Assembly (NCBI GenBank): GCA_963727625.1
Contig: CAVSHR010000002.1
Location: 192,001 to 256,000 of the forward strand
DNA from: an uncultured delta proteobacterium
Lineage (GTDB): Bacteria > Desulfobacterota > Binatia > UBA9968
Length of the DNA stretch: 64,000 bases
Direction of reading: 5' to 3'
Both the position numbers and the translations under genes were made by a program. How positions within the stretch are numbered: position 1 is the first letter of the stretch; each line of letters opens with the position of its first letter. This document shows, piece after piece, positions 56,042-64,000 of the stretch. The notes below the pieces were generated by a model that ran no database searches, had not been told where the DNA came from, and saw only the letters and a program-made list of their open reading frames with translations.

Positions 56042-57050
56042 CTATTGGGAACCCATGATCTCGGCCACATCACCGACTTCCTGTGGCAGCTTCCAGCGAT
56101 CCCTGTAACGCATGATCGTGTCCTTGTTGACGATGAAGGTCTTTGCCGTGGTGTAGCGCAGGGGTAAAGAACCGGGTTTTGTGCCATCGAGCAGGTCGGC
56201 GACCAACTTACCCAATTCGCGCCCATGCGTGACCGAATCGACGCCAAGATTGAAAATACCACCATGTCTGGGTGGTCGTGGTCTTGCAGGAAAACACCGG
56301 CACCCTGGCCTTGTCTGCGATTGCCAATACAGTACGGGTGGCGCTGAGAACCGTGTTGTCGGCGCACACGAAGATCGCCTCGGCCCGGCGAGCAACAAGC
56401 GCGTTGATGGTCTCGGTGATGGAGCTCGGTGCGTCCACGGTTCCTTCTAGAAGATCGTGTTTTTTTTTTTTGTGTGGTCGTTCTGGCGTCCTTGATCCAG
56501 AACTGGGGAGCTGGAAATCGATGGATTGCATTTCGCGCCTATTCGCTTCAGGCTCGGCGACAACGCCTTTGCCATGCGCAGAGCCTCCGGGGCCAGGATC
56601 GGTAGCTGTATAGCTGCAATGTAGTCTGGGCGGTCGCCCGCCTTGAGCGACTTGATCCCTATGCCAGCGGTTTCCGGGTTGACCACGATCGTAAAGACCT
56701 GAACCACTTTGCCGTCCCGGTTGGCGCGTCCGAAGGCCTGAAAGGCGGGAAACGTTGGCGTGATCATGATGTCATAGTTTTCGTCATGAACCGGGCTGAT
56801 ATCGCGGCCACGTCTATCAAACTGCTGGTGTGCATTGTAAACCTTGATAGCCAGGGTCTTGCCTTCGGTGTAGCCCCTGGTTGCCAGGATCTTGGCGCAC
56901 CGGATCGAGGACGATATCAATCTGTATGTGATTGTTGAACGGTACAACAGCGATACGCTTCTGCGTGGCGGCGCCAACAGTGACAGAAAATCCAAAGGCG
57001 CAAATCGCCATCAGAATAACAGTGAGCAACGTGATCTTCTTCACGACCAT
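56042..57050 (-). CDS. ABC substrate-binding protein (ABC_sub_bind; heavily frameshifted)
   Basis: Signal peptide, GYTEGKTL..YNA, QVFTIVVNPETAGIG, ADNTVLS and LLDGTKPGSLP. Confidence 0.7.
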
Positions 57051-57267
57051 AACCGTCCTCCTTGACTGATCCATTTATTGGCCAAACCACCCTCACTCAT
57101 CCAGTGCTCCGAATCCGGCGGGACGCGACACGACCGTTCACACCGGCGCAAAAACAAGCTCCGAAGACGACCTGCAATGCGCGAGACCACACTACCGCAG
57201 TATTGGAAAGCGCCGCCCTACGCAACAGCGAAAAAGCGCCATTATTTATTTAATGGATGAACCCATG

Positions 57268-59224
57268 TCATTTCCTCAATGGCCCCAAAGGTCCGCAGTT
57301 CTGGTCGACTTCCGCGCTTCCGGTCAGGATACCGGTGGTGCCGTTCTTGGCGTCTCTGATCACCTGGTGCGTAAACATCATTTGTGCCGTCAAAGACGAC
57401 GTGGAAGTCCGCTTCCTTGATGCAATCGCAGGACGCGTCTTCGGCCGTGCCTGTAAAAGGGAAAGGACCAGAGCCGACGTAGTTGTGATCTCTGCGGTAC
57501 CGCTCAGGACGTAGGAGAGCTTTGTCGGGGGAAACGTGGCCTGGGGAACCTGGACAAACCTGTCCCGTTCAACCCATAGATTGTTGGGGCCTCCTCGCCT
57601 GCAGACAGGGCGAGTGTCACAACAGGAGCGCCTAGCAGCCCGTGGTAGAAGTCCGATTTTTACATAACGCACGGAATCAGTGCGAAGCGGTGACTTGGGA
57701 TCGCAACTAGTCTCAGATCGAATCCTCGGCGCCGAGCGCGGTCATCGGTCGAGGAGTACCCATAGAGTAAAACAAAGAGCCCCTACGGCGGCCAAACGGC
57801 CCTGCAGGCCGCGTGGCGTTCCAATGCCGTCAACGTGCGCATCCACAGGCCCAGATTCAGGCCGCCACATGCACGAGCAGCCGTTTGAGAATATTGCCGT
57901 GCCCGCGCAGATGAGTCCGGCGCATCCCGCCGGTCTCGTAGAGGTGAGCATTGGGTCGCTCCAACAACTCGCCCCGTCGCCGCATCAACTGCTGCCCGCG
58001 CTCGCCCCGAATGCGCCGCCGATTGGCATACACCGCGTCGCGCTCGGCGTGCTGATCGATCCAGTGCTGCCGACCCCGATCCGGTTCGCCGATGTAGGTG
58101 CGCAGTCCCAGGCCTGCACATCGAGCACGGTTTGCTTGCTGTGATAGCCCTTGTCGGTGACGAGTTCCTCTCCCGTCTTCACCTTGTCGTCGGTGATCGC
58201 GGCCACGGCTTCCAACTGCTCGATCGCTTCGGGCAGCGTCGTCTGAATCGTGGTCGTGTCGCCCTGATCGGCTTCCTGTAGCGTGACAGCCACGACGGCG
58301 CCGGTCTCCAGGTCCACCGCATGCTCGGCTTTGTGCGCTAAATGGGTGCGTCCGTCCTTCATCTTGGTGATTGCGCGTCGGGGTCGTGCGGATGCTTCCA
58401 GTCCTCGTTCGACCCTTTCTTCTTGCGTTTGCGATCCAGCCTCGCCAGATCGGCCCGCGTCGGGGTCTCAATGCCGGAGGCCTTCGCCAGCTTGGTCAAA
58501 AACTCGTTATAGCTCTCCCCGGTGTCGCGCCGCACGATGCTGCGCATGGCCGCGTTCGCTTCGAGCGTCGTGGCGTCGATCGCCAGCGTTTTCCCCTTGA
58601 TCAGCCCGCGATCCCCAGACACTGAGAACCCACGTGAATACCGCCCGGTGGGTCTCCAAATCGATCAATCGCCGGGTCCGCGATATCGTCGAATGATCCG
58701 GCGCACCCTCGGTCAGCCCCAGCCCAAGGAACGACCGCACTCCCGACGAGTCCGCCGCGCGCCAGGCCATCCCGCGTTCCGAGTCCAGACCTTCGAAGTA
58801 GCCCAGCAACAGGAACCGAAAGTACTGCCCCGGCGCCAGACTCGGCCGTCCCATCTTCTCGGCATAGAACGCACGACACTGTCCCTCGACAAACTCGTCG
58901 AACCCGTGCTCGGCCAACAGCCGATTGAGTTTCTCGTAGAACGGGTGACTCACCGATTTCGGTAGTTCGCTGACCGCCACCCACATTCCTCTCTGCTCTT
59001 CTGTTTTCGTTTTCCCATCGCCATGCAAAAAACTTTACCGATGTATCCTTCGTGTCGATCCCTCACGACTCACTATTACCAATCTATTCTCGACTTTCAC
59101 CACGGGCTGCTAGTTCATCCGGCAACAGGCTGATGCAGACTTTCAAACCTTCTGCCTGAGCGGCAGGCAAGGGAGACAGTGCAAAAGACACGAAAAACAA
59201 TACCATCACGACTGCGTATCTCAT
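57268..59224 (-). pseudogene. Exported hypothetical protein interrupted by an IS1182-like element
   Basis: Signal peptide MRYAVVMVLFF..AQAEG at 59224. Joining across the CTAG duplication gives ...PDELGAPVVTLALS..., continuing with a frameshift into ORF 57268. Confidence 0.55.
57636..59109 (-). mobile_element. IS1182/IS5-like insertion sequence (transposase about 57857-59025, frameshifted)
   Basis: Terminal IRs CAGCCCGTGGTAGAAGTC / GACTTTCACCACGGGCTG flanked by CTAG on both sides. Motifs GRPS, SERG, PDHSTISR, IDATTLEANA, DPDA, DKGYHS and ERPNAH. Confidence 0.9.
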
Positions 59225-59791
59225 AGCCTTCACCTCACGAAGCCGTCTCGTCTTGCGTCTAACGGACACCTTCTTATCTCACACCCCCTTGTCACTCATG
59301 TGAGTTGTCAACGACTTCTCTTCTTTTCAAGGCAGCATAAATTTCTGCTGTTACGAACGCAGTGCCCTAGTAAGGTCAGGATACGGCAAAAATAATTCCT
59401 GAACTGTTCTCTAAAAGTAGAGTGTCCTTAGGTTATCGTGAGATATCCTTCCCTCCTTAACTGCCTACTTAGCGCATGCCAGGTCTCCGAGGAATCATAA
59501 CGATTTTCCTTGTCGACCGTGATGGGATCTAGATGTTTGGTGTTTCAGAAAGATGTGTCGGACTGTCTATCAATGTACATCAACGCTATACCCGTAAGAC
59601 GATTGTCAAGCAATTGTTATGGAGACACTTTTTCTTCGGCATTTATCGATGTTCGCAAAATACAGTGACGGGAAATTGGGCCAAAAGTCTTTTCTTTTTC
59701 GTCACCCTAATATGCGAAAGTAGCCACACTCCCCTTCCCTTCCCCCTCCTTCCCTTTCCCCCCTCCCCTCCCTCCTCCCCCCCCCTAATAG

Positions 59792-60443
59792 TGGACTGCG
59801 CCCCATAGACTGGCGAGAAGATCTGAGAAATTGAGGGGGAGCGATCGGCGCAACGGGCGAGTAAGATAACTCGCCACGAGGAGTCGGTCGATGGGAAAAC
59901 AAAGGCGTAAATTTACAACGGGATTCAAGCAACAGATTGTCGGCGAAATCGAATCGGGGCTGTTGTCGGTCGGTGCGGGGAGTCGTAAGTATCAGATCTC
60001 GGGCAGTGTGATCGATCGCTGGCGGCAACGAGAGCGGGAAGGCGAGTTGGAAGCGCCGCCATCGGTTCGGGAGAAGGCCCTGGAACGAGAGAACCGCGAA
60101 CTCAAGGAGAAGTTGGCCGAGCTTTATCTGGAGAACGCTCAGCTAAAAAAACTCGGGGATTGGCTACGGCGGCAGAGAAGCGTCAGTACCTCGGTGATCA
60201 CCGCTCAGAGTTTGGCTCGATCACCCAAGGACTCCAAGTCATGAAGCTTGGATCGAGCAGTTATTACTACCCGCCGATCACTGACCTCGAAGCAAAAGAG
60301 TACCAGGATATCGAGCTACGGGATCGCATCGAGCGGCTCCAGGGAGAGTTTCCCGGCTACGGCTATCGGCGCCTGGGCCGGCAGCTGCGCCGAGAAGGGA
60401 GCGTCGTCAACGACAAGAAGATCCGCCGGGTGCAGCGAAGATA
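59792..60443 (+). mobile_element. IS3-family element, 3'-truncated (orfA 59891-60244, orfB start 60241)
   Basis: Left end TGGACTGCGCCCC; orfA HTH RRKFT..FK plus leucine zipper; orfB SSYYY..GYGYRR..VNDKKIRRV. Confidence 0.85.
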
Positions 60444-60935
60444 AGATGTTTCATAAATTTTGTGTGTGAGGCATATCTGATTAAAGAGGAGATATGCCGG
60501 ATGGCAAGAGTGGAGAGAAAGCAGGAAGCGAAGAGCGAATCAGCATCAAGGCAGAATGGCTCGACGAGGTGATGAAAGAATACCGAGGGCCCCAAGACTT
60601 TGACGAGATCTTCAAGCTGTTCAAGAAAGCTGTGGTTGAGCGGGCCCTGGGAGCGGAGTTAACCCAGCACCTGGGTTACGACAAAGGGCAAGACAAGCCC
60701 GAGCATCAAAGCAACCACCGAAACGGCGTGAGTGGCAAGCGGATCCTGACTGACCAGGGGAGCCTAGAAATCGAAGTTCCTCGCGATCGTAACTCCCTGG
60801 AGTATAGCGGTTGGAAAGGCCGCAAAGCGGTGGTGGCCGAGCTCAAGACGATCTACCGGGCCGAGACCGCGGAAAAGGCCCTGGCCGCCTTGGAAGCTTT
60901 TTCCCAAGGCCCGTGGGGCAAGAAATACCCGCCAA
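60444..60935 (+). mobile_element. IS256-family element, internally deleted and truncated
   Basis: VERALGAELTQHLGY..NHRNG..IEVPRDR joined in frame to NSL.Y..WK.RK.V..ELK.IY.A..WGKKYP; the catalytic core is missing. Confidence 0.85.
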
Positions 60936-60954
60936 CCATGTCGTACAACTGGAC

Positions 60955-61390
60955 CCCACGTTCGAGCCGTAGATAATCATCATCGTTTGGTGGACCAAAT
61001 GTCGATATTTCAAGGGGCGTTCAAAAGCGAAACTAATTCCGGATACGCCCAAGAAATAAAGCACGAACAAATCCACTCGGAGCACCGCAAAACTAACGAG
61101 CAAAGAAATCCCGGAATTGACCCACAGCACAATGGGAAAAGCTTTTCGAACGGTCATCAAGCCGCTCGAGATCATACCAATGATGATGAACGTAAGGGCG
61201 GTCATGCTTTGAGTGATCACACCAAACAAGGCCCCCATAATCCAGCGAGCCAACCATTATCCGCCTGCTTGGAAACGAACAGGCGGATTCGACGGCTAGT
61301 CAACTGTTTCAAATGCGTGCCGATTAAATGCACGCTGGTAAAAACAAGCCAAGGCCAGCTAAGAGGGTGCCGAGAATCTCTGGCATGTGG
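60955..61390 (-). pseudogene. N-terminal fragment of a Na/Pi-cotransporter-family gene
   Basis: HLKQLTSRRIR...GALFGVITQSMTALTFIIIGMISSGL (QS motif) followed by hydrophobic helices; cut at IS256. Confidence 0.7.
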
Positions 61391-61730
61391 ATGACCTTTT
61401 GTCGACTTTAAGTCTTTACGCTTTCGAGACTCGATGAGATCCGAAAGATCTTTTTTGAGTTTACCGTTCAATTCGATTATTTCGGTTGCTAAGTCAACGA
61501 CGGCCAACAGATGAAGACCCGACTTCTGTATGCCCCAGATCCCGGCGATGCGAAAACGAGCTGCGACCTTATCGACGGAAGCGGGACAATGTGGTTTAAG
61601 TAAGAAAGGTGGACCGACGCTAAATCCGGTGGCAAACATCTCAGCGAGCTGATCATCGAGGTATGTCGCTTTACCCAGGCGTTCACGAAACCGCAACCGC
61701 GACGCGTCGCCACGAGCCTTCTAGCGTCGT

Positions 61731-62969
61731 GTGGAAATGATACTTCCTATGTGGCTCCGAGCGATTTGTTTGTCTCTGGCTCTGTTAAGCTCAGCGCCGG
61801 TTTGGGCGGAAGACTTGGTCATTGGCATGTCCGCCGCCTTTACCGGAACTTCGCGGGGTCTCGGTATCGAATTGTATCGCGGTTCCATGGCCTTTATGGA
61901 GCCAATCAATCGTGCCGGCGGCGTGCACGGCAGAAAAATCGTCATCCGCGCCTACGACGACAGCTACAACCCGATTCCCGCGATCAGGAACACGATCAAG
62001 CTCATTGATGACGACAACGTATTTCTACTAGCCAATTACGTCGGCACCCCCACGGTTACACGGGTGCTGCCGCTGTTGAAGAATTATCGCAAAAAACACA
62101 TCTATCTGTTCTTTCCTTTCACCGGGGCCGCGCCTCAACGGGAGCCGCCCTATTCGGATTTTGTCTTCAACCTGCGGGCATCTTATGCAGACGAAACGGC
62201 GGGATTGGTCGATCATTTCGTCGGGTTGGGGCGACGAAAAATTGCGGTTTTCTATCAGGCGGATGCTTACGGCAGAAGCGGGTGGGAAGGTGTTCGAAAG
62301 GCGCTTACAGGCTTTGGACTGACCATCGCCGGTGAGGCGACCTATCGTAGGGGTACGAAATTTTCAACCCGCTTGAAACCTCAGGTTGATATACTCAAAG
62401 CGGGGGCTCCGGATGCGATTGTTTCAATAGGTTCCTATGCTGCCTGTGCCGCATTGATTCGAGACGCGCGCGATTCCGGATGGCAAGTCCCCATCGCAAA
62501 CGTCTCATTTGTCGGCAGCGAGGCCCTGGCTGCGCTTCTGCTCAAGAGCAGTACGACAAAGGGGATGGACTACACGAGCAATCTCATCAATTCGCAGGTG
62601 GTTCCCTCTTATGAGGACATGTCGCTGCCGGCAATCCAAGAATATCGTCAACGCATGGATGAATACGGAGCAAAGGTGCCACACCCGTGGGACGCGCCTG
62701 ACTATCAACCGCTTCGCTACAGCTTTGTCAGTTTGGAAGGTTATTTAAATGCAAAACTGCTGGTGCGCATCCTAAATGACCTGGGCCCAATGCCAGCCAA
62801 GGACCATGTGAAGCAAACCGTGGAGAGTCTCCATAACCTCGACCTCGGCATCGGAAGCCCTATCAACTTCGGACCCAACAAGCATCAGGGTTCTGATCGA
62901 GTGTATTACACAACCCTCGAGGGCGACAAATTTGTTCCGATTGTGCGCTGGGATCGCTGGAAAAGATGA
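61731..62969 (+). CDS. LivJ-like periplasmic ligand-binding protein
   Basis: Signal peptide, [48 protein letters not shown] and SLEGYLNA. Confidence 0.9.
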   Translation: MEMILPMWLRAICLSLALLSSAPVWAEDLVIGMSAAFTGTSRGLGIELYRGSMAFMEPINRAGGVHGRKIVIRAYDDSYNPIPAIRNTIKLIDDDNVFLLANYVGTPTVTRVLPLLKNYRKKHIYLFFPFTGAAPQREPPYSDFVFNLRASYADETAGLVDHFVGLGRRKIAVFYQADAYGRSGWEGVRKALTGFGLTIAGEATYRRGTKFSTRLKPQVDILKAGAPDAIVSIGSYAACAALIRDARDSGWQVPIANVSFVGSEALAALLLKSSTTKGMDYTSNLINSQVVPSYEDMSLPAIQEYRQRMDEYGAKVPHPWDAPDYQPLRYSFVSLEGYLNAKLLVRILNDLGPMPAKDHVKQTVESLHNLDLGIGSPINFGPNKHQGSDRVYYTTLEGDKFVPIVRWDRWKR

Positions 62970-64000
62970 GGATGTCGAGGCTCTTTACCAAGACCCTGAT
63001 CTTGATCGTGATTCTGTTCGGCGTCATTGCGACGGCTACGTCGATTCTGACCGGATGGACCCTCTACCGGAGCTTGACCGCAGAGTACCGCAGCAAAGGA
63101 ATCGCGATTGCGCAGGGCATCGCAGACTCGAGCGCGGAAATTCTTTTGAACCGTGACCTCTCCACGGTGCAGGCGACCATCGACCAGTTTAGCGAGATCG
63201 GCGGCGTCGCTTATGTTTTTGTCACCGATAGCCAAGGAGACATCGTTTCCCACACTTTCGTTCCAGCGGTGCCCAAGGAAGTGCTCCCGATCATCATGCA
63301 ATCCCGAGCGAGCCCGACGACGGGTCACGTCATCACGACGACGCTGGAGATTCCGGGAATGGGCAAGTTCATCCATGTCTATGCGCCGATCCTGGCCGGG
63401 GTCGCCGGCTTCGTACATGTGGGGATGGATCAAGGGTTTATCCAAGCCCAGATCTGGTCCACCGTCATCCAGCAACAGGTCCTCATCTTTGTGATCTTTA
63501 TTTTGAGCATCCTGATCGCGTCCATGCTGGTCAAGCGCATTTCACAACCGTTGAATCAGCTGGCCGATTACACCCATTCTTTTGCCTCGCAGGATTTCGA
63601 TGCCCGGATTGGCATCCCCGCCGACATCGCAGCACTTCCGGAAAAATCCAAAGATGAAATCGGAAAACTGGCCGAGTCGTTCATCAACATGAAACGGACT
63701 CTGCAACGTTACCTCGACGACTTGAAAGAGACCACGGCGAGCAAGGAAAGGATCGAAAGCGAGCTTAAAATTGCCCACGATATCCAGATGAGCATGGTGC
63801 CCAAGACCTTTCCGCCATTTCCCGACCGTAAAGAATTTGACATCTACGCAACGCTCATACCGGCACGGGAGGTCGGCGGCGACTTCTACGATTTTTTCTT
63901 CATCGACGACCAGCGGCTCTGTTTTGCCATCGGGGATGTCTCCGGAAAGGGCGTGCCGGCTTCACTCTTTATGGCGTTGACCAAGACCATGTTTCGGGCT
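62966..64000 (+). CDS. Membrane sensor HAMP-SpoIIE (PP2C) phosphatase, 3'-partial
   Basis: Open frame from ATG 62966 (ATGA overlap with the upstream gene): TM, periplasmic domain, [40 protein letters not shown] and GDVSGKG; runs off the window. Confidence 0.9.
   Translation, partial: MRMSRLFTKTLILIVILFGVIATATSILTGWTLYRSLTAEYRSKGIAIAQGIADSSAEILLNRDLSTVQATIDQFSEIGGVAYVFVTDSQGDIVSHTFVPAVPKEVLPIIMQSRASPTTGHVITTTLEIPGMGKFIHVYAPILAGVAGFVHVGMDQGFIQAQIWSTVIQQQVLIFVIFILSILIASMLVKRISQPLNQLADYTHSFASQDFDARIGIPADIAALPEKSKDEIGKLAESFINMKRTLQRYLDDLKETTASKERIESELKIAHDIQMSMVPKTFPPFPDRKEFDIYATLIPAREVGGDFYDFFFIDDQRLCFAIGDVSGKGVPASLFMALTKTMFRA

Noticed and set aside
56459-56471. Poly-T run as a terminator or phase-variable tract
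   Set aside because: It lies inside a binding-protein gene within a locally garbled stretch; probably a read artefact.
61217-61696. 159-aa ORF
   Set aside because: Appears chimeric: an unidentifiable remnant running into the frameshifted Na/Pi cotransporter N-terminus.
1-64000. CRISPR array, tRNA, rRNA, integron integrase
   Set aside because: No regularly spaced repeats, RNA gene signatures or tyrosine recombinase motifs were seen by eye.

Overview
Bacterial genomic window of moderately high GC. The gene repertoire (many ABC/TRAP binding proteins, LLM oxidoreductase, CoA-transferase III, stand-alone A-T-TE) suggests Candidatus Binatia or a related deltaproteobacterium; this is inference. 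1-23 kb holds mostly intact catabolic and transport genes, plus a degenerate integrase-less integron cassette cluster at about 6.4-10.7 kb. 23-38 kb holds an alpha-hydroxy-acid oxidase, higBA, srkA, an NRPS-like A-T-TE gene bracketed by a duplicated 3' end of a D-2-hydroxyacid dehydrogenase, nucleobase-related enzymes, an orphan trpF-like gene and IS200. 38-64 kb is the most unusual part: a partner-switching locus with no sigma factor in view. It has two SpoIIE/PP2C sensor phosphatases (one fused to an RsbW-like kinase), a free STAS protein and an NCS2 permease with a degenerate RsbW-like tail. It also has three paralogous proteins in which a STAS domain is fused to a domain carrying acetolactate-decarboxylase-like motifs (GxG..GE..PTDG, HxH...H); two of these sit directly upstream of an ABC permease and ATPase pair. 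IS1380, IS1182-like, IS3 and IS256 elements have broken up this region. From about 23.7 kb onward many genes carry single-base indels that look largely like long-read consensus errors. All family calls come from motif recognition by eye; no searches were run. No rRNA, tRNA or CRISPR array was seen.
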